Position numbers and translations under genes: made by a program. Shown one piece after another: positions 26,378-35,908 of a DNA stretch of 38,597 nucleotides. Each line of letters opens with the position of its first letter. Position 1 is the stretch's first letter. The notes beneath the pieces were generated by a model. That model ran no database searches. It saw nothing but the letters and a program-made list of their open reading frames with translations, and was not told the origin of the DNA. Origin of the DNA: a bacterium (GTDB taxonomy: Bacteria; UBA6262; WVXT01); NCBI GenBank assembly GCA_046759165.1, contig JBHIBS010000016.1, positions 1-38,597 of the forward strand, given 5' to 3'.

Positions 26378-26716
26378 TTAACAGGTTAAATGCAAGGCAA
26401 CGATAGTTTTATTTGATTTAAAAAGCCGATTATATGCATCACAAGCCCTTTTAGTCGTATCTACCACCAATTTAATCCCTTGGGAAGTTATATAACTTTC
26501 CATTTCCTTAGGCACTTCCATCAATCCGGAAGCTCCAGTACCAATAATTAGAATCTGGGGCTTCTGTTCTATAGCTTTCTCAATATCAACTAACTGGAGT
26601 CGGTGACCTTCCTTTCGCCACCAATTACCATCAACATGGTCAGGGTAGATTATCACATCACAGTTGTATTCTTTCCCATCGACAATTATCCTGCCAAAAC
26701 TGTAGAAGTCTATCAT
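26378..26716 (-). CDS. Mth938-like domain protein
   Basis: YSFG.I.VDGKEY..DVII, WWRKEGH, IIGTG..G.M and C-terminal LHLTC. Confidence 0.85.
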   Translation of the reverse strand: MIDFYSFGRIIVDGKEYNCDVIIYPDHVDGNWWRKEGHRLQLVDIEKAIEQKPQILIIGTGASGLMEVPKEMESYITSQGIKLVVDTTKRACDAYNRLFKSNKTIVALHLTC

Positions 26717-26735
26717 TTGTCTTTCCTATTTAAGT

Positions 26736-26923
26736 CTAAATGGAACCACTAAAGGCAACATAGATTACCAACCCACCCCAAGAGGGAACTAGTCTATGGT
26801 GGCCTTCGCGCTCGTTGGGCTATCCATTACCCCGAACTTTCTCGCTAGAGGAGGGATGAGAGGCATTACCGCTGAAAGAATTAGTCCAGACAGGAGAAAA
26901 ACAAGAAGATAAGAGGTAAGCAT
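26736..26923 (-). pseudogene. Frameshifted, truncated 5' relic of a WecA/TagO (MraY-family) undecaprenyl-phosphate sugar-phosphate transferase
   Basis: MLTSYLLVFLLSGLILSAVMPLIPPLARKFGVMD, then after a 1-nt frameshift near 26821 PNEREGHHRLVPSWGGLVIYVAF*. This matches the family motif D.P..RK.H..P.P..GG. Confidence 0.78.
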
Positions 26924-26971
26924 CTAATTCTTACCAAGAATGAAAAAATAATCCTGCTATGGGCTATTCGA

Positions 26972-28225
26972 TTATTCCTTTCCCAGTCTTTTCTTGTATA
27001 AGGGAAATTTTTTGGTTAATTTACGTACTTCCTTTTTCAAATTCGCAAGATAGCCCTCATCATAACGATGATCGAGGGCATCTGATATCAACGCGGCAAT
27101 TTTCTCCATATCTTCTTCTCTCATCCCCCTAGTCGTCAGGGCCGGTGTCCCCAAACGAATCCCACTGGTCACAAAGGGTTTCTCAGGATCGTAGGGAATA
27201 CTGTTCTTGTTAACTGTAATACCTGCCTTATCTAAAACTTCCTCAGCTACATCTCCTGTCAATCTCTTATTCCTCAAATCTACCAGCATCAGGTGTGTAT
27301 CTGTACCTCCAGAAACAATCTTGAAGCCCCTCCTTATCAATCCCTCGGCCAGCGCCCTAGCATTCTTTACTATGTGAGCCTGATATTTTCTAAATCCGGG
27401 CATAAGCGCCTCCTCGAAGGCCACAGCTTTGGCAGCAATAACGTGCATGAGAGGACCTCCCTGTATTCCAGGAAAGATATTTCTGTCTATAACCGAAGCA
27501 TACCTCTTCTTACACATCACCATTCCCCCCCTTGGTCCGCGAAGCGTCTTATGCGTTGTAGTGGTTACAAAGTCAGCGTAAGGAACGGGAGAAGGGTGCA
27601 GGTCAGCAGCGATCAGTCCAGCTATATGGGCAACATCGGCCATCAGAAAAGCATCCACCCTGTCGCAGACCTCTCGAAACTTCCTAAAATCTATAATCCT
27701 GGAATAGGCGGAGGCCCCAGCAACAATCAATTTTGGTCTATGTTTAATGGCAAGCCTTCTCATCTCCCCGTAATCTATAAGTCCTGTTTTCTTAGATACA
27801 CCTATGGGCACAGTCTTAAAATATTTGCCAGAGAAACTTGTAGGATGGCCATGGGAAAGGTGTCCTCCATGCGACAAGTGCATCCCCATAATTGTATCTC
27901 CTGGTTCAAGAACAGCAAAGTAGACCGCCATATTTGCCTGGGTCCCGGAATGGGCTTGAACGTTCACGTGGTCAGCACCGAACAACTTTTTGGCGCGCTC
28001 AATGGCCAAAGATTCAACCACATCGTAATATTCACATCCCCCATAGAATCTATGGCTGGGATAACCCTCCGCATACTTGTTGGTCATCACTGACCCTTGA
28101 GCTTCCAGAACTGCTTCAGAGACAAAGTTTTCAGAAGCAATCAACTCAAGATTTTCCGCTTGCCTCTTAGTCTCCATGTAAATTGCTTTGTGAACTTCGG
28201 GATCAAATTGTTTCAAGCTTGACAT
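26972..28225 (-). CDS. glyA: Serine hydroxymethyltransferase
   Basis: [35 protein letters not shown] and SGIRLGTPA. Confidence 0.97.
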   Translation of the reverse strand: MSSLKQFDPEVHKAIYMETKRQAENLELIASENFVSEAVLEAQGSVMTNKYAEGYPSHRFYGGCEYYDVVESLAIERAKKLFGADHVNVQAHSGTQANMAVYFAVLEPGDTIMGMHLSHGGHLSHGHPTSFSGKYFKTVPIGVSKKTGLIDYGEMRRLAIKHRPKLIVAGASAYSRIIDFRKFREVCDRVDAFLMADVAHIAGLIAADLHPSPVPYADFVTTTTHKTLRGPRGGMVMCKKRYASVIDRNIFPGIQGGPLMHVIAAKAVAFEEALMPGFRKYQAHIVKNARALAEGLIRRGFKIVSGGTDTHLMLVDLRNKRLTGDVAEEVLDKAGITVNKNSIPYDPEKPFVTSGIRLGTPALTTRGMREEDMEKIAALISDALDHRYDEGYLANLKKEVRKLTKKFPLYKKRLGKE

Positions 28226-28250
28226 TTTTTTCTCCTTGAATTATCTATAA

Positions 28251-28709
28251 CTAATTTTTGATTTTCTCCAGTATTTTCACCAAATATCCCCTAATCTCCT
28301 GGAGCCGGCTTCGATAGACCTCTTCGGGCTGGCCAATAGGATCGGGAATATCTAAATTCTCTTTTTCACCGGCAAACTCTTTCAATAGAAATACTCTATT
28401 TTCTACTTCTAAAGCCATCTCCAGGATAGCCTCTTTGTGTCTTCTCTCCATCACCAGAATCAGATCGGCATCTCTAACTATTTGAGGAGTAATTTGGGCA
28501 GGCTTGTGGTTTGAAATTTCGATACCCTCTTCTTTTAATACTTTTTCCAGTAGACCATGAATACCATAGGAGGGGAGAGCAGCAATTCCAGCAGAATTCA
28601 CCCGCACATTCTCTATTCCTTCTTCCCTTAGCATCTTCTTGAATAGTCCTTGTGCCATCACGCTGCGACAGGTATTACCAGTACAAACAAAAAGAATCTT
28701 CTTATCCAT
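28251..28709 (-). CDS. Low-molecular-weight protein (arginine/tyrosine) phosphatase, YwlE-like
   Basis: FVCTGNTCRS P-loop and DIPDPIG. Confidence 0.9.
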   Translation of the reverse strand: MDKKILFVCTGNTCRSVMAQGLFKKMLREEGIENVRVNSAGIAALPSYGIHGLLEKVLKEEGIEISNHKPAQITPQIVRDADLILVMERRHKEAILEMALEVENRVFLLKEFAGEKENLDIPDPIGQPEEVYRSRLQEIRGYLVKILEKIKN

Positions 28710-28722
28710 TAAAGATATTCCC

Positions 28723-29337
28723 TTATCTGTCTTTGTCTCTTGTCGCCTCTTGCAGTTCTATCTCTTTTATGCATCCTTCTCTGACCACTTCGAAAGGATG
28801 ATCGGTCACATCGAGGACAGTAGAGACTCTTCCCCGGGGGGCCTTGCCACCATCGATACACAAATCGGCCTCTTGTAAGAGTTCATTTTCCACTCTTTTA
28901 AGTGTTACATTCTCTTTTCTCCCGGAAAGATTGGCGCTGGTCACAGCCAATGGTCCAGCACCTCTAATCAGCCTAAGAGCTATCCTATGGTCTGGCATTC
29001 TCAAAGCAATTGTCTTATACTTTTTTGAAGGGAAAATTAAAGTCAGAGGACCCGGCCAGAAATCCCTTATCAGTTTTTTTACTTCATTAGATAACCTATT
29101 AGTGAACTTTGCTATGTCCTTTTTGAAGCCGATTAGGAAGACTAAAGGTTTCTTCCCAGATCGCTTTTTTATCATGTAAATTTTCCTTATTGTTCTGGGA
29201 ACCCGAATGCTTGCGCCCAGCCCATAAACAGTGTCTGTGGGAAAAATCACAAGCCCTCCCCATCTCAATACACGCACAGCCTCTTCGATTCTTTTCCTTT
29301 CGGGCTTCTGAGAATCAATCTTAATTATCTTCCCCAT
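28723..29337 (-). CDS. tsaC: L-threonylcarbamoyladenylate synthase (TsaC/YrdC)
   Basis: FPTDTVYGLG, K.R...KPL, FWPGPLT and TSANLSG. Confidence 0.92.
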   Translation of the reverse strand: MGKIIKIDSQKPERKRIEEAVRVLRWGGLVIFPTDTVYGLGASIRVPRTIRKIYMIKKRSGKKPLVFLIGFKKDIAKFTNRLSNEVKKLIRDFWPGPLTLIFPSKKYKTIALRMPDHRIALRLIRGAGPLAVTSANLSGRKENVTLKRVENELLQEADLCIDGGKAPRGRVSTVLDVTDHPFEVVREGCIKEIELQEATRDKDR

Positions 29338-29413
29338 CTATCTGAATCAGTCTCTGCTTGCTAATATATTGGGACTACGGACAGGTCTAAAGCCTACACT
29401 CCACTTTATTGGC

Positions 29414-29713
29414 GTTCAAAAGACAGTTTGTAAAGAGCCTTTGCAATTTTAGCCAAAAAACGAAGACAACATACTCCCTTAATGTGAGCGAATTTGGTAA
29501 GGCGACTAGCATTAGAACACGTTCTAACGGCACAAGGATTCCTAATAGCAGAAAGCGTAAGTTTTGCTTCCTCTCACGAGAGCTTCCCTCTGCAGCTGCA
29601 AAGGTTTTTGGCAGCGGTCTAGGAGCAAAAAAATCTCTGGGAGCGGAACTAAGTCCCGGGCTGGCCTTTTGGCGTTAAAAAATTCCTCAGCGATGAATAA
29701 ACTGCCTTTTAAC
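29414..29713. repeat. Palindromic element, copy 4: full nested form (outer-left, diverged inner unit with a different core, outer-right), about 300 bp
   Basis: Left: GTTCAAAAGACAGTTTGT...AATTTTAGCCAAAAAACGAAGACAACATACTCCC.TAATG.GAG.GAATTTGGT. Right: TTTTGGCGTTAAAAAATTCCTCAGCGATGAATAAACTGCCTTTTAAC. Both arms align with copies 1-3. Confidence 0.85.
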
Positions 29714-29747
29714 TCTATCACCTTTTATGTAAGTCCCCTGTGCTAAT

Positions 29748-30947
29748 CTATGTCCTGTAACATGAATTGATCTTTACGTAATCGGGAGTCAAATCGCAGG
29801 TATAAACCTTAGCCTCAGCACTTCCCTGTTTCAAATTTATCACTATTTCTACTTCTCTTTTCTCCAATATGCGCTTAGCTTCTCTGTCAGAATAAGACGC
29901 CGGTTCACCATTTTTCACCACTCGCAATTTACTGAAATAGATATCTATTCTTTGTGGGTCAATTCTTATTCCAGAGGAGCCAATTGCTGCCATCAACCTT
30001 CCCCAATTCGGGTCAGAGCCATATAGTGCCGTCTTGACCAAAGGAGAGTTGGCGATATGCCTTCCAATCTTTCTTGCACTTAGAGCGCTCTTTGCATTTC
30101 TAACTATTATCCTAACCAATTTCGTTGCTCCCTCACCATCCCGGGCAATTGACTCCGCCAGCCCTGACATCAGGGAGTCGAGATTATTCTGGAACCTCAA
30201 AAAATCACGATTTGCATCATTTATCGGTCTATTCCCTGCTCGACCATTAGCCAGGATTAGAACAGAATCGTTGGTGCTTGTATCACCATCAATAGTAAGT
30301 GAGTTAAATGATCTTTCAGCCGAAGTCATTAACGACCTTCGCAATAATCCTCTGTCGATAGCTATGTCAGTAATTATAAAACAGAGAAGAGTGGCAAGGT
30401 CAGGATGGATCATCCCTGCACCTTTGGCCAATCCGCAAATCCCTGCTCTCTGACGATTCTGAATCAAGAATTGCTTACTGATTATCTTCACAGTAGTATC
30501 AGTGGTCATAATGGCTTCAGCAAAAAACTCAGGCTTAGAATGGCTCCCTACGGTTTCGGTTATCCTCCGAATACCTTCTTTAACTCGATTCATCGGGAGG
30601 AATCGACCAATTACCCCTGTGGAGGCGAGTAGAACATCTTCCTTTCTTACACCTAGTTGATAAGCCAAATCATAAGCGATCATCTCTGCATCTTTCATTC
30701 CCCTTCTTCCAGTGCAAGCATTTGCACAACCCGAATTGACCAGAATCGCCTGCGCCCGGCCATTCCTCAACCGCCTTTTCGAAATTATGACCGGAGCTGC
30801 CTTTACTCTATTTTTAGTGAAGAGTCCAGCTGCCACACAGGGAACTTCTGAATAGATCAGAGCTATGTCTCTTTTTTTCCTATCTGCTATCCCTGAGTTA
30901 ATTCCATTTAGAAAAAAACCCTTGGGGAGAAATAATTGAGTTCCCAT
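29748..30947 (-). CDS. argJ: Glutamate N-acetyltransferase / amino-acid acetyltransferase
   Basis: NSGCANACTG, ASTGVIG, IMTTDT, KGAGMIHPDLAT, DGDTSTND and DGEGATK; start ambiguous (30947 or 30965). Confidence 0.95.
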   Translation of the reverse strand: MGTQLFLPKGFFLNGINSGIADRKKRDIALIYSEVPCVAAGLFTKNRVKAAPVIISKRRLRNGRAQAILVNSGCANACTGRRGMKDAEMIAYDLAYQLGVRKEDVLLASTGVIGRFLPMNRVKEGIRRITETVGSHSKPEFFAEAIMTTDTTVKIISKQFLIQNRQRAGICGLAKGAGMIHPDLATLLCFIITDIAIDRGLLRRSLMTSAERSFNSLTIDGDTSTNDSVLILANGRAGNRPINDANRDFLRFQNNLDSLMSGLAESIARDGEGATKLVRIIVRNAKSALSARKIGRHIANSPLVKTALYGSDPNWGRLMAAIGSSGIRIDPQRIDIYFSKLRVVKNGEPASYSDREAKRILEKREVEIVINLKQGSAEAKVYTCDLTPDYVKINSCYRT

Positions 30948-30987
30948 AACAGAATTAATACCCAAACTAGAATCTTCCGAATTTCCT

Positions 30988-32010
30988 TTAAAGTAATCCC
31001 TCTGTTTCTCTGAATCCAGACATTAAGTTCATATTCTGTATAGCCTGTCCAGAAGCACCTCTAACCAAATTATCTATCGCCGTAATGATAATTATCCGAT
31101 TTGTACGTTCATCAACCATAAGACCTATCTCACAGAAGTTTGTTTCCACGATGTCTCTTACTTCCGGAAAAGTGGATTTTGGTAGAATCCGTATAAATGG
31201 TGCTTCTCTATAGTATTTTCTATAGACAGACCATGCCTTATTGAGTGAAATTTTCCCCTTGAGATTAAGATAAATTGTGGATAGAATTCCACGGTCCATT
31301 GGAACTATATGGGGGGCAAAGGAGATAGTCACCTTTTGTTTAGAAATCTTTGATAACTCCTGTTCTATTTCTGGAATGTGTCGGTGTTTCCCGACATTAT
31401 AGGGCATCAGATTTTCGTGGCACTCACTGAAATGGTAGGCGATATCCAATCTCCTCCCCGCACCGGATACTCCCGATTTAGCATCGGCAATTATGGAATT
31501 CCCATCGCCTAATCCATGAACTAGAAGAGGAGCAACCCCTAAGATTATTCCCGTGGGATAGCAACCGGGATTTGCTACAAGAGAGGATTTCTTTATCTCT
31601 TCCTTATAAATTTCTGGTAGTCCATAAACCGCTCTTTTGAGAAGCCGAGGATAAGAATGTTCAAGCCCATACCATATCTTATACAGTGACTTGTCCTCTA
31701 ATCTATAGTCGGCTGAGAGGTCTATAACTTTCTTTCCTCTTTCCAAAAATTCTGCTACCAGCTTCTGAGATTTACCATGAGGAAGGGCAAGAAAGACAAG
31801 GTCTGAATCCTGAGCGACCTTAGCAGTATTCAACTTCTCAAACCTCTTATCTGTAAAGCCGGTAAGCTTTTTGTGCACCTCTGAAATTCTCTTTCCCTTA
31901 TATGTCTCCGAAGTCAGGTGAGCAATTTTGACGAGGGGATGTTTAAGGAGAATCTTTATTAATTCCCTCCCCGTATAACCACTAGCTCCCACAATACTCA
32001 CTCTTATCAT
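30988..32010 (-). CDS. argC: N-acetyl-gamma-glutamyl-phosphate reductase
   Basis: GASGYTG, DLSADYRL, ANPGCYPT, SGVSGAGR and DNLVRGASGQA. Start set at 32010 (GGAGG RBS). Confidence 0.96.
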   Translation of the reverse strand: MIRVSIVGASGYTGRELIKILLKHPLVKIAHLTSETYKGKRISEVHKKLTGFTDKRFEKLNTAKVAQDSDLVFLALPHGKSQKLVAEFLERGKKVIDLSADYRLEDKSLYKIWYGLEHSYPRLLKRAVYGLPEIYKEEIKKSSLVANPGCYPTGIILGVAPLLVHGLGDGNSIIADAKSGVSGAGRRLDIAYHFSECHENLMPYNVGKHRHIPEIEQELSKISKQKVTISFAPHIVPMDRGILSTIYLNLKGKISLNKAWSVYRKYYREAPFIRILPKSTFPEVRDIVETNFCEIGLMVDERTNRIIIITAIDNLVRGASGQAIQNMNLMSGFRETEGLL

Positions 32011-32085
32011 TGAACTTCCTCCAATTCTTAAGGAATGTCGGGCTCCCTTTCGCACTCAAATGCGACTATTGGAAAGCTTCTCCCT

Positions 32086-32670
32086 TCATAAAGAAAAAGA
32101 AAGTATTACTAAAAGAATACAGGCCAGAGGGAGAAATATAAGAAGTACCATAAAGAAGAGAACTGGTGTCAAAAGTATCAAAAGGGCCTCTAAAGGGGCA
32201 GAAGAATAGACTTCTCTAATAGCAGCCAGCGCAAGAAAAAAACACCAAAGGAGAATAGCGATGGTAAAAATAGACTGAAAGAAGATTCTACCTCTACCTA
32301 ATCCTTCCACTATTAAGGATAGGGGACTAACAAGAATAAAGGGGAACATTGCTAATCCAAAAGTAATGAAAAGGTCGATCACTCTTCCCCTTTTTCCCCA
32401 CACTTCAGCAAAGAAATGGAGAATTCCCACATTAATTATCCAGAAGAAAGTGAGGAGAATCATAATGAGAAAGAGATTCGAAAAGAATGAGACTCTCCCC
32501 GCTCCGGTGAAGCTGGAAACAAATAAAGTGGCTCCAGTAGCAATACTAATTTCTGACAGAATAACAATAGCTACCAGAAAAATCCATGGTCTATGCTCTT
32601 TGGCTCGATTGAGCCCTCTTCCTGGATGGGCAACTAAATCATAAGGGAGCGCTGAATAGTTATTTTCCAT
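32086..32670 (-). CDS. Yip1-like multi-pass membrane protein
   Basis: About five hydrophobic segments; L..P near the N-terminus, H.FAE..G..G and A+REVY pattern. Confidence 0.6.
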   Translation of the reverse strand: MENNYSALPYDLVAHPGRGLNRAKEHRPWIFLVAIVILSEISIATGATLFVSSFTGAGRVSFFSNLFLIMILLTFFWIINVGILHFFAEVWGKRGRVIDLFITFGLAMFPFILVSPLSLIVEGLGRGRIFFQSIFTIAILLWCFFLALAAIREVYSSAPLEALLILLTPVLFFMVLLIFLPLACILLVILSFSL

Positions 32671-32691
32671 ATTTCCCCACTGAATCGGAGT

Positions 32692-33618
32692 CTATTGGAG
32701 GATATATTCTAATCTTATGGAATTTCCGTCAATTAAATCTTGTATAGTATTAGTCCTAAACCGACTAGAAAGAATATCAAAAATTCTTGGGAATGGCTTT
32801 GGCAACTCAATGACCTTCGGTTCGCCTGGAATGCCAGCAAGTTTACCTGCAAGTCTGACGGCATCTTGAAAATTTCCAATTTCATCAATTAGCCCCAAAT
32901 CTTTTGCTTGCCGTCCAGTAAAGACCTGGCCTTGAGCGATCTTCTCTGCTTCACTTTTCTTAAGGTTCCTGCCCTCAAATACTGCCTGGAGAAATTGGTC
33001 GTAGGCATCGTCTATCAGTCCCTGAAGCAGTTTCTTCTCTTCCGATGTCATTTCTCGGGATAGAGAACCGATGTCCTTGTGCCTCCCCCTTTTTATAACC
33101 TCAACTTTAATTCCTATCTTACGAAACAACTCTTCCATATTACCAAAGCTCATGAGTACCCCTATACTCCCTGTAATGGTTCCAGGATTGGCGACAATTT
33201 TATCTGCAGCACAAGCAATATAGTATGCCCCTGAGGCGCCCACATCGCCCATGGAGACAACAACCTTTTTCCCTTTTTCTCTTAGCCTATTTACCTCCTC
33301 ATAAATTTCCTGGACCGCACCGATGCTTCCGCCGGGACTGTTGATTCTTAAGACCACCGCCTTTATAGTGGCAATTTTACTTATCTTTCTCAACTCACTG
33401 GTGACCCTGTCAGCTCCAGGCAATAAGCGAGCCCATCCCGATGCGCGTCGAGAGATAAACAATGGCCCGTAAAGATAGACCACTGCCACTCCCTCTTTTC
33501 TGACCAAAAGTCGAGCCTTTCCCTCAACAGCTTTATCCCAAACAAGATATATACCCATTACAATAGAAACAATACATAAGAAAAGAAGAATTGCGATGAT
33601 TAAATTTTCCTTTTTCAT
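32692..33618 (-). CDS. sppA: Signal peptide peptidase, short (36K) type
   Basis: N-terminal TM, LRINSPGGS, ASGAYYIA, TGSIGV and GQVFTGRQA...GLID. Confidence 0.93.
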   Translation of the reverse strand: MKKENLIIAILLFLCIVSIVMGIYLVWDKAVEGKARLLVRKEGVAVVYLYGPLFISRRASGWARLLPGADRVTSELRKISKIATIKAVVLRINSPGGSIGAVQEIYEEVNRLREKGKKVVVSMGDVGASGAYYIACAADKIVANPGTITGSIGVLMSFGNMEELFRKIGIKVEVIKRGRHKDIGSLSREMTSEEKKLLQGLIDDAYDQFLQAVFEGRNLKKSEAEKIAQGQVFTGRQAKDLGLIDEIGNFQDAVRLAGKLAGIPGEPKVIELPKPFPRIFDILSSRFRTNTIQDLIDGNSIRLEYILQ

Positions 33619-33652
33619 ATTCTTCTCCTTTATTAACTTTAATAACTTTTAA

Positions 33653-33681
33653 ATTATATTCTAATTATCTAACTTTGTCAA
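33653..33681 (-). promoter_or_regulatory. Consensus sigma70 promoter upstream of sppA
   Basis: TTGACA-17 nt-TATAAT on the minus strand. Confidence 0.8.
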
Positions 33682-33727
33682 ATCATAATTTCTTGAAAGT
33701 TTGCGTCAAAAACTTTCCTACTTTTTC

Positions 33728-33763
33728 AAAAAAAAGCGGAAGCAATAGACCCCTTGCTTCCGC
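33728..33763 (-). terminator. Rho-independent terminator after rpsI
   Basis: 10-bp stem GCGGAAGCAA/TTGCTTCCGC followed by T8 on the minus strand. Confidence 0.85.
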
Positions 33764-33793
33764 AAATTTACACTCCAGTCTTACAAGACAATT

Positions 33794-34192
33794 TTATCTC
33801 TTGGAGAATTGGAATCTCTTTCTTGCTTTTGGCCGTCCGGGTTTCTTTCGCTCGACCATACGGGCATCGCGCGTCAAGAATCCCTCCTTTCTCAAAATAA
33901 GCCTCGTTGGTTCGCCAACCTTGGCCAGTGCACGTGAAATTCCATGCCTTATTGCCCCTGCTTGACCACTTTTACCTCCACCGGAAACATTCGCCAAAAT
34001 ATCGAATTTATTTAGTAAATTAGTCACTTTTAGGGGTTCCATACTGAATTCCTTTAGCCCGGGCAAGCCGGAAAAGTATTTATCCAGAGGCAATCTATTG
34101 ATTACGACCTTTCCATTACCAGTTTTCAATATAACCCTGGCAATCGCTGTCTTTCTTCTGCCTACGCCCCAGATCTCTGTCACTTCGGCCAT
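33794..34192 (-). CDS. rpsI: 30S ribosomal protein S9
   Basis: GRRKTAIARV, GGG.SGQAGAIRHG and LTRD.R.VERKK.G..KAR..QFSKR. Confidence 0.97.
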   Translation of the reverse strand: MAEVTEIWGVGRRKTAIARVILKTGNGKVVINRLPLDKYFSGLPGLKEFSMEPLKVTNLLNKFDILANVSGGGKSGQAGAIRHGISRALAKVGEPTRLILRKEGFLTRDARMVERKKPGRPKARKRFQFSKR

Positions 34193-34225
34193 GTGTCTCC
34201 CCTCCAAAAACTTTTAAGTGAAAAT

Positions 34226-34669
34226 TTAACGGGCTTTCTTTTCAATTTTTAGTATTTGAGGTTTCTGTGCTCCATGTGGGTGTACCTTACCCTTATATAT
34301 TTTTAATTTAGTAATTAATCTATTACTGAGTTTATTCGACGGTAACATTCCTTTGACAGCTAATCTAATTGCCTTTTCTGGGTTTTCTGCCATCAGTTTA
34401 TCGTATCGGATAAATTTTGCCCCACCCGGATAACCCGAATGGGTAAAATGGAACTTCTGTTCCAATTTTTTTCCAGTCAGTAAAACCTTCTCTGCATTAA
34501 TAATAATCACATAATCGCCTGTATCCATATGAGGAGAGAAAATGGGCTTGCCCTTGCCCCTTAATAACTCTGCTACCTTTCTTGCCAATCTTCCCAAGAC
34601 CATACCAGAACCATCAATTAAATACCATTTTTTTTCAATATTCTCCCTTTTTGGCACAAAAGTCTTCAC
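34226..34669 (-). CDS. rplM: 50S ribosomal protein L13
   Basis: WYLID...LGRLA, LRGK.KP.F.PH.D.GDYVII.NA, HSGYPGG and HPH.AQ.P. Start set at GTG 34669. Confidence 0.96.
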   Translation of the reverse strand: MKTFVPKRENIEKKWYLIDGSGMVLGRLARKVAELLRGKGKPIFSPHMDTGDYVIIINAEKVLLTGKKLEQKFHFTHSGYPGGAKFIRYDKLMAENPEKAIRLAVKGMLPSNKLSNRLITKLKIYKGKVHPHGAQKPQILKIEKKAR

Positions 34670-34795
34670 TCTCACCCCCATTCCCCAGAAAACTAACCCC
34701 ACCCCAAAAAACTAACTCCTCTACTTAAAAACTTTCCGGATGGGGACTGCCCATGTCAAAAATTGACAAACTATCAAAAGATACTAAATTATTTT

Positions 34796-34972
34796 CTATT
34801 CTTTTTTCGAAGGGTAAAGCTCAAGCGCTATCGCCAAACCTAAGCAATAGCCCGCAAAGAATAAGAAGGTGCGGGGCGCTACCACCAGTGTCGATTGAGT
34901 GAGTCTAGTGATAATTCCCAATGCCAGGCTAACCAGGCTCACAATGATCGATAGTGTAATCCATTTTTTCAT
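34796..34972 (-). CDS. Small hypothetical membrane protein, 58 aa (absent from the ORF track)
   Basis: MKKWITLSIIVSLVSLALGIITRLTQSTLVVAPRTFLFFAGYCLGLAIALELYPSKKE; G-rich RBS, its own promoter, two hydrophobic stretches. Confidence 0.7.
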   Translation of the reverse strand: MKKWITLSIIVSLVSLALGIITRLTQSTLVVAPRTFLFFAGYCLGLAIALELYPSKKE

Positions 34973-35035
34973 CTCTTACCCCCTTTAACCCAGACCTTAC
35001 CTTTTCCCCTCCCATTTGTCTGCTAACTTGTGTAA

Positions 35036-35064
35036 AAATTAGCAAAAAAGAGATTTTTTGTCAA
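35036..35064 (-). promoter_or_regulatory. Putative sigma70 promoter with extended -10
   Basis: TTGACA-17 nt-TAATTT with TGn immediately before the -10; overlapped by the inverted repeat AAAAAAGAG/CTCTTTTTT. Confidence 0.6.
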
Positions 35065-35232
35065 CTCTTTTTTAAGAAACGGTATTGCCAAGAACTGTAG
35101 GAGACTCTTTGCTTTTCTTAAAATGGGTAAAATAGATGGGAAAAAGTGCAAAACGGACTTTAACATAAATGAGAATAGGGAGCGGTAGGATGACATAGAG
35201 GAAGATAGTTGAAATATGGCGCGTTTTCCTTG

Positions 35233-35886
35233 CTAAAAAAATTTCTTAACGCCCTCTCTACGTTTAAGGCTCGTGCCAATCCTCTGCACCACAATATCTA
35301 CTCTTCGATTCATTGCTTTGTGTTCTTCAGTATCGTTATCCACAACAGGTTGATACTTTCCGTATCCTGCAGATGATATGCGTCCCGGAGGGAAATTTAG
35401 TGTCTCCAGTAGATAGCGGGTCACATTCGTAGCCCTCCCCGTCGATAGTTCCCAGTTGGTGGGAAATTTGGTCTTCAATTCCGGCCCAATAGAGACGTTA
35501 TCAGTGTGCCCTTCAATCCGGACATTATTTGGCACATCGACAATCTCTTTAGTAATGTCCTTCAAGATGTGTTTCGCTTCTTGGTAAATTTCGGCTCTTC
35601 CACTATCGAACATCAACTTCTCACGGAGAGAGATCACCAATCCTTTCTCATTAATTGTTAAACCGATATAGTTTTCCAAATGTTGGTCCATAACGTATGT
35701 TTCCAGTCCCTTCTTTAACTTTACCAGTTGTAATTCGTTCATAGCACTGGCTAGAGCGAACATCATAACGAAAAATATCAAAATCTGCGTCATTAGATCT
35801 GAATAAGTCAACATCCATGCAGGTGCGGTCCTTCCTACTTTTATTTCACTATCCGCTCGCCTGGGAACCCCTGGCAGAATAGCCAT
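35233..35886 (-). CDS. motB: Flagellar stator subunit MotB/PomB (OmpA-like peptidoglycan-binding domain)
   Basis: WMLTYSDLMT TM with the conserved Asp; FDSG.A, IEGHTDN, NWELST.RA and NRRVDI. Confidence 0.92.
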   Translation of the reverse strand: MAILPGVPRRADSEIKVGRTAPAWMLTYSDLMTQILIFFVMMFALASAMNELQLVKLKKGLETYVMDQHLENYIGLTINEKGLVISLREKLMFDSGRAEIYQEAKHILKDITKEIVDVPNNVRIEGHTDNVSIGPELKTKFPTNWELSTGRATNVTRYLLETLNFPPGRISSAGYGKYQPVVDNDTEEHKAMNRRVDIVVQRIGTSLKRREGVKKFF

Positions 35887-35908
35887 TATCTCTCCCCTCA
35901 AAAATAAG

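Noticed and set aside
26752-26806. Imperfect hairpin AAGGCAACATAGATTA / TAGTCTATGGTGGCCTT as a riboswitch or ncRNA
   Set aside because: It lies within the wecA-like pseudogene and matches no riboswitch consensus I recognise.
17479-29746. ORFs 17479-17760, 22227-22499, 22386-22607, 29409-29678 and 29564-29746 with shared peptide stretches (NFSQK, RIFSQKSKKRV)
   Set aside because: The similarity follows from the nucleotide repeat; starts and stops are not conserved between copies.
34670-34790. L13 ribosomal leader RNA and a short GTTAGTTTT.TGGGG direct repeat
   Set aside because: Plausible by position, but the structure cannot be confirmed without a covariance-model search.
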